A stretch of DNA of 63,727 nucleotides. Origin: a virus (lineage: Duplodnaviria; Caudoviricetes). The notes below the pieces were generated by a model. The model had not been told where the DNA came from, ran no database searches, and worked only from the letters and a program-made list of their open reading frames with translations. This document shows positions 42,501-48,797 of the stretch, piece by piece; position 1 is the first letter of the stretch; each line of letters starts with the position of its first letter. Position numbers and translations under genes: made by a program. The stretch is from the IMG/VR virus record IMGVR_UViG_3300033153_006754, positions 1 to 63,727 of that record, one strand, 5' to 3'.

Positions 42501-43750
42501 GCGTTGTGGTCAACGATCTGCCTCTTCCGACTCTGCCAGGGCAGAGCGGCAGCAGCACCACCACGAACCAGTTGGAGGTTAAGATTGGCGCGCCGATCGC
42601 CGATGAGCACGCCTACATGCCTGTTATAACTTCGTGAGCTAGGATCAAATACAAGCCGGAGGCTCTGCTGACGCTCGATCAGGTGCTCGAAGTACTCAGC
42701 ACCCTGCTTGCCAGCAAATTGATCCTCAGCTATACGCCCGGACATGCCCGGGTGCTCAACTTCAGGAGCATCGATGCCAGCCAGCCTGATGCTGACCGGC
42801 TTCTTGAACATGTTCATCAAGCCGCGGCGCTTGACAGTGATGGAGTCAGCATCGCTGACCTTAACGTGGTAGTTCTTCAGGTCGACCACGCCCATCCAGG
42901 CACTGCGGTTCAGCCCGGCTGTCTTGAGCCAGGAGCCCCTGGCCATGTCGTACTCACCGCGATGGAACAGCCGCCTGTTGGCGGACATCATCGCGCTGGT
43001 CCAGGTCTCGTGGCTCTTCTCAAGACTCTTGTAGCTTACACCGTCAATATCCGGGTATCGGATGTCGAGTGAGGACCTGTAGGCTGATAGTTCGTTGAAT
43101 CCTCTGGTGACAGGGTTCCCGAACCTGCGTCCGGACCCAAAGTCAGTCAGAGCTCGAGCTACACCACGGCCGCAGGGCCCGAAGCTGATGCCGTCAACCT
43201 CAAGGTAAGGCGAGTCACTGGGATCTCTAACACCCTTGAGCCTGGCCTGCTTCTCTGGTAGAGCAGCATCAGCTATGGTCATCCCGGCCAGAACCATGGC
43301 TGCAGCACGCAACTTCGGATGCCTGTTAAACCAGGGCTTATACTGGGTCCTCCAGGCGTCAGATATCTCGGCGCCGGCACGACTGTATATCTTCCTGAGT
43401 GTCTCTGGCTGACTGGCTAATGCGCGAGCTGTCGTCTTGGCACCAACGCGCTGGGCACTTATCTTGCTGGATAATGTTTTATCCAGAGATCTAAGTCTGT
43501 GGGATTCAGACCTGGTGACTTCGGTTGCCTTTTGGACTGGGTTTTTGATTGCAGGAGTTGGCTGTGTAGCAGCACGCAGATCCTGACGCATCTTCCTGAA
43601 GTACGTCTTCATTGCAGAAGTTAGACGCGCAGGGGAAGGTTCGGTACTTTGACTCTGGCGTGCCTTCTTTAAGTACTCCCTCACTGCCTTGACAACGCCT
43701 GGGCTGGGCTTTTGATAATCAGCCAACTGCCACTTCCTGCTCTTTAGCAC
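39569..43750 (-). CDS. Large basic virion/ejection-like protein with thermonuclease (SNase) domain
   Basis: 1393 aa; VSDADSI..IRLAGIDAPE..SYNRHVG..NLQLVRGGAA..KIGMW; C-terminal Gly zipper. Confidence 0.75.
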   Translation of the reverse strand: MLKSRKWQLADYQKPSPGVVKAVREYLKKARQSQSTEPSPARLTSAMKTYFRKMRQDLRAATQPTPAIKNPVQKATEVTRSESHRLRSLDKTLSSKISAQRVGAKTTARALASQPETLRKIYSRAGAEISDAWRTQYKPWFNRHPKLRAAAMVLAGMTIADAALPEKQARLKGVRDPSDSPYLEVDGISFGPCGRGVARALTDFGSGRRFGNPVTRGFNELSAYRSSLDIRYPDIDGVSYKSLEKSHETWTSAMMSANRRLFHRGEYDMARGSWLKTAGLNRSAWMGVVDLKNYHVKVSDADSITVKRRGLMNMFKKPVSIRLAGIDAPEVEHPGMSGRIAEDQFAGKQGAEYFEHLIERQQSLRLVFDPSSRSYNRHVGVLIGDRRANLNLQLVRGGAAAALPWQSRKRQIVDHNAYASAEALAASGKIGMWQSKGWQMHRAMGLIAGKRVTNTTMTSLDRITRSAALSDWYGLVQRAHDSSRSPWTPDEVQDMYQVGSAYRAETMGRLNKRTKNAGFLPGIRGPVTPWSIVGSGITPTQVRGGNVSDFSSGRAKITAVQSAVNERYGSSPIDSRTIWNTTVNNLNATSVPIAVTSPMLPSAPVSADPLGAGTRPDLTQAVNHYPGESGTRPDLHRTTPVNMGKGVGPIYTGTGELYVHSSTTGKYRVIDTPKRTLAAYPDAKARDVIFQTYKDGGHGFYVNDVDAYLEQVDDAAQAQHAKPPQSPTRKPTPTTTAKPPKAIKVVDRSIPARNVPVPPSSGMKSSSSRYHGIGPAAGIGALVLTGVAIGTWAMLKGDEQGIGERMMDTPRHPREFMGMRPHGDFVASHKVGAWAQHQNMGVAAEEAASAHKREALKHLGLQGVVMGLERYLAPNKHPMLEAWDSFVKAGHLLDPAETLTPNQLRESKVAGKKVKAGLKAMKYDQMSRHAWMRRRKMSTSFITNIASVADTKLGWFDKILKKFSWESIKEAPGKLWDYIESKQSKLTKDASGNVKDWFKSIATKSKHWTYGVDANEIQRLKKMGKLNKLVGAKKILAWDQFTHALSENVKNLVTNPQGFMAKVTGVKDIITNFGRLEEMALAYRVIDKKSLLAKKEVKNVFTNIGKRLKDINKNSPLFTAHVDKMRRLTKVGSSISKFGKSGVGRALGKIPYMNVAWGAIEGYSLMDQYENATKGFITETAAGTARMAAFALIRPGLWLAAGAKLAAAGSALGPAGTIGGAILGFVGSAVINLVGSFVLGEVAATAVRYPTAAVLGARKRRNPDPSMSMDPAMLYQMGGIQGMRGPVNQFNRFHGMDPARPDMTPFGGAYNPIQGQDIDSKTLQITESKRKITSSPKAGRPISMFTPTFGLVNNVLWNQRRGSRVRSVIERYSGMNSVPKLDRNRSRMAARAA

Positions 43751-43890
43751 TTGCCCTTTTTACCCTTGCCTGCTTTCGCGCTCTTGTCAGCCTTGCCGAA
43801 CGGCATGGACTGTTTCCCACCGAAGGGCTTGCCTTTGCTGGCCGCCTTCTTGCCACCCTTCTTGGGAGCTGCTTTGGATTTTGCTGCCAT
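43744..43890 (-). CDS. 48-aa Lys/Ala/Gly-rich histone-H1-like peptide (not in ORF track)
   Basis: MAAKSKAAPKKGGKKAASKGKPFGGKQSMPFGKADKSAKAGKGKKGKC; RBS GAGAGG; stop overlaps next start. Confidence 0.75.
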   Translation of the reverse strand: MAAKSKAAPKKGGKKAASKGKPFGGKQSMPFGKADKSAKAGKGKKGKC

Positions 43891-43956
43891 GGTGTATCCT
43901 CTCAACGAGTATCGGGGACCGGCTGGAAACTGCTACCAACCGATCCCCGACTACCC

Positions 43957-44739
43957 CTACTCTTCGTTCATGAAGCCAGTGACTGGATCCCTACGAGGCT
44001 TCTTGATTGGCTCTGTCTTGGGAGCTTGCTGCTCCTCCTTGACCTCAAAGTCGGCCTCAACGACTTCACCCTCGCTCTTGGAATGGTGCTCAATGAGCTT
44101 CCGTTGCCCGTCCACAACACCCTGCTGAGCCATGGCCATCTTCTCCCTGAGTTTGTTCAGCACCTCACTGGGACTCATGCGCTTGCGCGCGGCGTCCTTG
44201 CTCTTCTCCTTGCGGGTAGCCATGAGGCCTGACTGAGTGGATTGGTTCAGCTTCTGGAACTCACGCATCTCCTTGAGCCCGGGATGAGCCTTCATTTCAG
44301 TGATCGTACCTCCGTCCGGAGTGACGGCCCTGAAGGCTTGCTGGAACATGTTCTCATGGGACAGGGTCTCGGTGATTCGCTTGATCATGGTCAGGTTAAG
44401 AGCGATCGAGCCGATTGACTGCAGATCAAAGACATCGTTCGGCTGGATGTCAAGGTCATCCACCATGCCCTGCATCCACATCTGTATCAGGTTGACCTCA
44501 ACAAAGCACTGCCTGTGCATAGGAGGCTTGATGCCCTGATTGAGTAGCGGGCAGTCCTGGGATACGTCACAGTCAGGACCTGTGCAGATCTTCGGTACAA
44601 AACGAGGCACACCAGCCTTGTGGGACCTGAAGAACTTAGAGATGTTCTTCTGTTCCTTCTCATCGAGATTAGGAACCACCCAGCCTTTAGGTGACTCAAT
44701 TATGTCTTTGGGTTCTTCTTTGGGTTCTTCCTTGGCCAT
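43957..44739 (-). CDS. Probable terminase small subunit
   Basis: 260 aa; Cys cluster then HPGLK..GLMATRKEK, TerS-like; heads the virion operon. Confidence 0.5.
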   Translation of the reverse strand: MAKEEPKEEPKDIIESPKGWVVPNLDEKEQKNISKFFRSHKAGVPRFVPKICTGPDCDVSQDCPLLNQGIKPPMHRQCFVEVNLIQMWMQGMVDDLDIQPNDVFDLQSIGSIALNLTMIKRITETLSHENMFQQAFRAVTPDGGTITEMKAHPGLKEMREFQKLNQSTQSGLMATRKEKSKDAARKRMSPSEVLNKLREKMAMAQQGVVDGQRKLIEHHSKSEGEVVEADFEVKEEQQAPKTEPIKKPRRDPVTGFMNEE

Positions 44740-44981
44740 AGCAACCGCCCACTTGGTGAGATAATGGTACCTGCTTCAGCATCGAACTTGAACTTGACAA
44801 GCTCGAGGTCGTGCTTACATAACTTCAGGGCGCACCTGAAGTAGTCACAGTCTTCCTTGTCCTTGAAGTAGTCGATCTGACGAAACCTGGTCTCCATGCC
44901 TGGGACCTCATGCTCCACCTCAAGTACGAACTCCACGTCGGTGAGAGCGGGGCCCCAGTCAAGATCAGCTTTTGTTGTCAA
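44700..44981 (-). CDS. Hypothetical protein
   Basis: 93 aa; overlaps both neighbours. Confidence 0.45.
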   Translation of the reverse strand: MTTKADLDWGPALTDVEFVLEVEHEVPGMETRFRQIDYFKDKEDCDYFRCALKLCKHDLELVKFKFDAEAGTIISPSGRLLWPRKNPKKNPKT

Positions 44982-45330
44982 GACCGAGCTCCTTCAGCTT
45001 GGCATCCATAAGCGCCTTGAGGCCAGCTGCCTCGAGATCCATGCCAGTGTTCTTCAAGGTCTTGCGTACGATGGCCCTGGCGTTCTCAACACCTGAGGTA
45101 TCCACCTTGATCTGGTTGAGGGCGCTCGTGGCATGCCCCAGGAGATCGTCGGTCTGCTTGCCGGCTTTTGCCAGATCAGCGGCGAGGCCCTTGAAGTTGC
45201 CGGCCTTGACCTTCTGGATGATGCCCCAGACAGTCATGCCCAGAGCTGTAACTGAGGCAATGATGCCAATGATGAGGTAGATGTTCTGAAGAGCAGTTGA
45301 TGCTTCGAGAATCATGGTGTCCTCCGTCAA
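44965..45330 (-). CDS. Holin-like single-TM protein
   Basis: N-terminal IYLIIGIIASVTALGMTVWGII followed by charged helical tail. Confidence 0.5.
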   Translation of the reverse strand: MTEDTMILEASTALQNIYLIIGIIASVTALGMTVWGIIQKVKAGNFKGLAADLAKAGKQTDDLLGHATSALNQIKVDTSGVENARAIVRKTLKNTGMDLEAAGLKALMDAKLKELGLDNKS

Positions 45331-45419
45331 TACGCTAAGTGATAGCTGACAGAGCTCACCAACGGCGGAGGAACTCTACAGCTCCACCCGGCTTATCTTG
45401 GGTGTGTACAGGCAGGTTG

Positions 45420-45545
45420 TCAAGACTTTACTGTGTGGATCTTGCCGCAATTCACGCAGACAAGTTTGGTGTCATCCACAGCGTCTTCGATCCTGGGAGT
45501 GAACTCCTCGCCGCCACACTCATCACATTTCTTGTCGTCGTTCAT
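45420..45545 (-). CDS. 41-aa zinc-ribbon peptide (not in ORF track)
   Basis: MNDDKKCDECGGEEFTPRIEDAVDDTKLVCVNCGKIHTVKS. Confidence 0.6.
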   Translation of the reverse strand: MNDDKKCDECGGEEFTPRIEDAVDDTKLVCVNCGKIHTVKS

Positions 45546-45720
45546 ATGTCGTCTCTCTCGAGTTATTTGTCTGCCCGGCTCTATGGCCGGGCCTGGTGCG
45601 GGGTTCCAGGACGCCCGCTACGGTCTCAATGACCGTTATCTCGTATCTGAGAGGTCGACTAAGTAGCGTCCGCCTGGCCGGCCGAAACCTTCGTCTGGAT
45701 CCTTGACCTCCAGCACGTGC

Positions 45721-45748
45721 ATGGTACACGGGCTGTGTGAGATGTCAA
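45721..45748 (-). promoter_or_regulatory. Sigma70-like promoter
   Basis: TTGACA-N16-TACCAT. Confidence 0.6.
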
Positions 45749-45820
45749 GCCCCCGGCCGGCATCGAACCAGCGACCTACGGTTTACAAAACCGTCGCTCT
45801 CCCAACTGAGCTACGGAGGC
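45748..45820 (-). tRNA. tRNA-Thr(TGT)
   Basis: Cloverleaf, loop TT-TGT-AA, no CCA. Confidence 0.9.
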
Positions 45821-45823
45821 ATA

Positions 45824-45897
45824 TGGTGGGGCTGGAAGGAATTGAACCCTCGACATTGAGGTTCGTAGCCTCACGTCCCGAGTCCACGGGCAACCCC
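45824..45897 (-). tRNA. tRNA-Arg(ACG), atypical D-arm
   Basis: Loop CT-ACG-AA, CCA. Confidence 0.8.
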
Positions 45898-45901
45898 GAT
45901 C

Positions 45902-45977
45902 TGGTACGCCCGGAGGGATTCGAACCCCCAACAACCGGTTTAGAAAGCCGGTACCCATCCAATTGGGACTCGAGCGC
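45902..45977 (-). tRNA. tRNA-Arg(TCT)
   Basis: Loop TT-TCT-AA, CCA. Confidence 0.88.
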
Positions 45978-46053
45978 TGGTATCCCCGGAAGGACTCGAA
46001 CCTTCATTCCAGGATTAGGAATCCTGTGTCCTGTCCGTTTGGACGACGGAGAC
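45978..46053 (-). tRNA. tRNA-Arg(CCT)
   Basis: Loop TT-CCT-AA, CCA. Confidence 0.9.
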
Positions 46054-46129
46054 TGGCACTGCGAGAAGGACTCGAACCTTCAACCGCCAGGTTCGGAACC
46101 TGGTGCTCTATCCGTTGAGCTACCGCAGT
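46054..46129 (-). tRNA. tRNA-Arg(CCG)
   Basis: Loop TT-CCG-AA, CCA. Confidence 0.9.
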
Positions 46130-46200
46130 TGGCAGGCCGTCGAGGTGTCGATCCCCGCTGGCGGGGGTTGGAGTCCCACCTGATCGCCGGATCACAGCCT
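46130..46200 (-). tRNA. tRNA-Trp(CCA), truncated D-arm
   Basis: AGG..CCT-G-CCA acceptor, loop CT-CCA-AC, T-loop ATCGACA. Confidence 0.75.
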
Positions 46201-46203
46201 ACA

Positions 46204-46275
46204 TAGATCTCCGAGGAGTCGAACCCACAACCTACTGGCTCAAAACCAGCCGTGCTACCATTACACCAGAGATCC
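46204..46275 (-). tRNA. tRNA-Gln(TTG), weak T-stem
   Basis: Loop TT-TTG-AG; T-stem GTGGG/CCTCG mismatched; no CCA. Confidence 0.65.
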
Positions 46276-46351
46276 TGGTAGGGGTGGAAGGGTTCGAACC
46301 TTCGACCTCTTGAGTCAGAGTCAAGCGTTCTACCAGTTGAACTACACCCCT
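46276..46351 (-). tRNA. tRNA-Gln(CTG)
   Basis: Loop CT-CTG-AC, CCA. Confidence 0.9.
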
Positions 46352-46355
46352 ATTT

Positions 46356-46425
46356 GCCGGCGTTCTGCCAGTTAAACTATGCCAAGGTTTCCCTCGGCAG
46401 TCGGGTTCGAACCGACACTTCCGGC
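46356..46425 (-). ncRNA. Circularly permuted tRNA mimic (YrlA-like T/acceptor/D module)
   Basis: GCCGG-AAGT-GTCGG TTCGAAC CCGAC-TGCCGAGG GAAA CCTTGGCA-TA-GTTT AACTGGCA GAAC-G-CCGGC. Confidence 0.8.
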
Positions 46426-46427
46426 GC

Positions 46428-46506
46428 TGGTCGGGCCAGGAGGATTCGAACCTCCGGTCTCCTGCTCCCGAAGCAGGCGGCAACGGCCAAGCTTGCCCAT
46501 GGCCCG
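46428..46506 (-). tRNA. tRNA-Pro(CGG)
   Basis: Loop TT-CGG-GA, CCA. Confidence 0.9.
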
Positions 46507-46584
46507 TGGTCGGGCGAGGAGGATTCGAACCTCCGATTTCCGGTCCCCCAGACCGGCGTCCACTCCAAACTGGACCGCCGCCCG
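46507..46584 (-). tRNA. tRNA-Pro(GGG)
   Basis: Loop CT-GGG-GG, CCA. Confidence 0.9.
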
Positions 46585-46588
46585 ATAA

Positions 46589-46667
46589 TGGTCGGGGTGA
46601 CTGGATTCGAACCAGCGAATCTCCTGCTCCCAAAGCAGGCGCCCTGGCCAGGCTGGGCTACACCCCG
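46589..46667 (-). tRNA. tRNA-Pro(TGG)
   Basis: Loop TT-TGG-GA, CCA. Confidence 0.9.
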
Positions 46668-46669
46668 TT

Positions 46670-46745
46670 TGGCTCCCCAGGTGGGGTTCGAACCCACAAC
46701 CTCCCGGTTAACGGCCGGGCGCTCTTCCACATGAGCTTCCGAGGA
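46670..46745 (-). tRNA. tRNA-Asn(GTT), C33
   Basis: Loop CC-GTT-AA, CCA. Confidence 0.88.
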
Positions 46746-46749
46746 TCAC

Positions 46750-46823
46750 TGGAGCCACCGGGTGGAATCGAACCACCATTTCATCCTTACCAAGGACGTG
46801 TTCTGCCGTTTAACTACGGCGGC
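46750..46823 (-). tRNA. tRNA-Thr(GGT)
   Basis: Loop TT-GGT-AA, CCA. Confidence 0.9.
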
Positions 46824-46826
46824 TTA

Positions 46827-46890
46827 TGGAGCGGGGACTGAAGCCGGTGCCAGCCCCAGAGATTAAGTCCCAGGATCGAGGGAGCCCCGC
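46827..46890 (-). ncRNA. tRNA-like element with Gly-type acceptor and CCA but no normal D/T arms
   Basis: GCGGGG...CCCCGC-T-CCA, 64 nt, central CT-TAA-TC loop. Confidence 0.55.
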
Positions 46891-46964
46891 TGGAGCCATC
46901 GGCCAGAATCGAACTGGCGTCTGCTGAGTACGAAACAGCTATTCTGCCCCTGAACTACGATGAC
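46891..46964 (-). tRNA. tRNA-Thr(CGT)
   Basis: Loop TT-CGT-AC, CCA. Confidence 0.88.
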
Positions 46965-46974
46965 AGTAGGAAGG

Positions 46975-47061
46975 TGGCGGAAGACGTAGGAGTCGAACCT
47001 AATGCCTCTCGACACGATCCGGTTAGCAACCGGTCCCCAGTCCACACCGAGTTCATCTTCC
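46975..47061 (-). tRNA. tRNA-Ser(GCT)
   Basis: Loop TT-GCT-AA, long variable arm, G-CCA. Confidence 0.85.
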
Positions 47062-47138
47062 TGGAGACCCCGGTCGGACTCGAACCGACTAAGGTAGGGT
47101 TTGCAATCCTACGCCTCGTCCACTTCGGCATCAGGGCC
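47062..47138 (-). tRNA. tRNA-Cys(GCA)
   Basis: Loop TT-GCA-AA, U73, CCA. Confidence 0.88.
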
Positions 47139-47228
47139 TGGCGGTGGGCGGAGGAGTCGAACCCCTGTCATATTTCAGACCGCACGGCTTTCGAGGCCGC
47201 CCCCAGTCCAACACCGGGGTCACCCACC
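47139..47228 (-). tRNA. tRNA-Ser(CGA)
   Basis: Loop CT-CGA-AA, long variable arm, G-CCA. Confidence 0.85.
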
Positions 47229-47236
47229 ATAACAAA

Positions 47237-47323
47237 CGGCAGGGCTGGGATTCGAACCCAGGAGACCTCTCAGTCTACACGCTTTCCAAGCGAGCGCTTT
47301 CAGCCGGACTCAGCCACCCTGCC
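47237..47323 (-). tRNA. tRNA-Ser(GGA)
   Basis: Loop TT-GGA-AA, long variable arm, no CCA. Confidence 0.88.
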
Positions 47324-47530
47324 AGTAGGGTAATAGGTAGGAGAGGCCTCGTCTGGCCTCCCTTCTCCGAGTGCCTTATGATCGGCAACACGAAGAGGGG
47401 AAACTTCGCGCATTGGGCCAGCGCCGGGTCGTTCGACCCAGCTGCTGTCTCCTTCGTTGGAGTGTTGTGCGAAGCATCGAGAACCTCTTATTGCGTACCG
47501 GCGCTAAAGGCCGGCGATGAATATATTCTC

Positions 47531-47558
47531 AGTGTACAGATGCCGAGAACGAAGTCAA
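47531..47558 (-). promoter_or_regulatory. Sigma70-like promoter
   Basis: TTGACT-N16-TACACT. Confidence 0.7.
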
Positions 47559-47566
47559 GTACTTTC

Positions 47567-47643
47567 TGAGGTGAACGGAGGGATTCGAACCCTCTCCTCG
47601 AGAGTCACAATCTCGTATGCTGACCACTTACACCACATTCAAC
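47567..47643 (-). tRNA. tRNA-His(GTG)
   Basis: Loop TT-GTG-AC, G-1:C73, ends TCA. Confidence 0.88.
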
Positions 47644-47718
47644 TGGTGACCCAGGCAGGAGTCGAACCTGCGTTAAGGAGTTATAAGCTCCCCGTTCTAG
47701 CCGTTGAACTACTGGGCC
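47644..47718 (-). tRNA. tRNA-Ile(TAT)
   Basis: Loop CT-TAT-AA, A73, CCA. Confidence 0.88.
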
Positions 47719-47761
47719 GCAACGTTCAGCTGCGGCTTGATATTCGTTCGTGTTCCATCTA

Positions 47762-47833
47762 TAGCGGGGAGGGGAATCGAACCCCCGAGACCAAGGTTAT
47801 GAGCCCCGGCTAAGCACCAACGCTTGCCCCGCG
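47762..47833 (-). tRNA. Initiator-type tRNA-Met(CAT), atypical
   Basis: CGCGGGG start with C1:U72 mismatch, loop CT-CAT-AA, compact D-arm. Confidence 0.8.
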
Positions 47834-47840
47834 TCACTGA

Positions 47841-47913
47841 TGTCCTCGCTGGGATTCGAACCCAGACTCGACTGTATTTAAGACAGCTGGCTTTGCCGTT
47901 AGCCTACGAGGAC
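47841..47913 (-). tRNA. tRNA with TAA (Leu) anticodon and short variable loop
   Basis: Loop CT-TAA-AT, 5-nt variable region, A73. Confidence 0.82.
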
Positions 47914-47926
47914 AGCTGATTCCTGC

Positions 47927-48010
47927 TGGTACCGGAGACAGGATTCGAACCTGCAAGCCTTTCGGCGGTGCGTTCTGAGCGCACTGCGTTTACCATTTCA
48001 CCACTCCGGC
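47927..48010 (-). tRNA. tRNA-Leu(CAG)
   Basis: Loop CT-CAG-AA, long variable arm, CCA. Confidence 0.9.
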
Positions 48011-48095
48011 TGGTGCCCAGGGTGGGAGTCGAACCCACAAGCCGCAAGGCACATGGCTCTCAACCATGCGTGTTTACCTGTTTCACCACCTGGAC
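48011..48095 (-). tRNA. tRNA-Leu(GAG)
   Basis: Loop TT-GAG-AG, long variable arm, CCA. Confidence 0.9.
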
Positions 48096-48099
48096 ATTC

Positions 48100-48184
48100 T
48101 GGTACGGAAGGTGAGATTCGAACTCACACGCCTTGCGGCACAGAGGTTTGAGCTCTGCGCGTCTACCTGTTCCGCCACTCCCGC
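48100..48184 (-). tRNA. tRNA-Leu(CAA)
   Basis: Loop CT-CAA-AC, long variable arm, CCA. Confidence 0.9.
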
Positions 48185-48187
48185 TAC

Positions 48188-48259
48188 TACGGCCACGGAG
48201 AGTTGAACTCCGGTCTCCGGGGTGAAAACCCGGTATCCTTGCCACTGGACGACAGCCGC
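48188..48259 (-). tRNA. tRNA-Glu(TTC)
   Basis: Loop TT-TTC-AC, no CCA. Confidence 0.85.
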
Positions 48260-48262
48260 TCA

Positions 48263-48334
48263 TACCCCTACAGAGAGTCGAACTCTGGTCTGCTGGATGA
48301 GAACCAGCTATCCTTGCCACTAGACGATAGGGGC
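48263..48334 (-). tRNA. tRNA-Glu(CTC)
   Basis: Loop TT-CTC-AT, no CCA. Confidence 0.88.
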
Positions 48335-48412
48335 TGGTAGGCCCGGTCGGACTCGAACCGACATGACCCCTGCGTGTAAAACAGGTGCTTGGCCAAGTTA
48401 AGCTACGGACCT
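48335..48412 (-). tRNA. tRNA-Val(TAC)
   Basis: Loop TT-TAC-AC, CCA. Confidence 0.9.
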
Positions 48413-48477
48413 ATGCGGAAGCGTCACCGGACTACGCACGTGTGGAAGCACGGAACGTAGCACCCGGCTCAGCTTCC

Positions 48478-48553
48478 TGGCGGGACTCACGGGGATCGAA
48501 CCCGCAACCTCCGGATCGACAGTCCGGCGCTCTTCCAATTGAGCTTCAGTCCC
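48478..48553 (-). tRNA. tRNA-Asp(GTC)
   Basis: Loop CT-GTC-GA, G-CCA. Confidence 0.9.
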
Positions 48554-48558
48554 GTTTC

Positions 48559-48634
48559 TGGTGGATAACGGTGGGACTCGAACCCACAACTCCTGGGTGC
48601 AAACCAAGTGTGTTCCCAATTACACCACGCTCCC
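48559..48634 (-). tRNA. tRNA-Ala(TGC) with bulged acceptor
   Basis: Loop TT-TGC-AC, G3:U70, extra A in 3' acceptor strand, CCA. Confidence 0.8.
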
Positions 48635-48711
48635 TGGTGGACCCTGTCAGAGTCGAACTGACCGCCTCCTGCGTGCAAAACAGGCGCTCTACCCAGATGA
48701 GCTAAGGGCCC
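48635..48711 (-). tRNA. tRNA-Ala(TGC)
   Basis: Loop TT-TGC-AC, G3:U70, CCA. Confidence 0.9.
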
Positions 48712-48722
48712 ATATGTAGTAT

Positions 48723-48797
48723 TGGTAGCCCCGGAGGGAGTTGAACCCTTCGTTTGCGGTTTATCAGACCGCTGTTCTGCCGTTGAACTACGGAGCT
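48723..48797 (-). tRNA. tRNA-Ile(GAT)
   Basis: Loop CT-GAT-AA, CCA. Confidence 0.9.

Noticed and set aside
45560-45620. Cobalamin riboswitch suggested by CCCCGC and GAGCCGGGCAGAC
   Set aside because: The GGGAA core and the expected spacing are missing.
47400-47490. HDV-like/theta ribozyme
   Set aside because: I could not build the P1/P1.1 pairing, and the element is promoter-proximal rather than at a tRNA 3' end.
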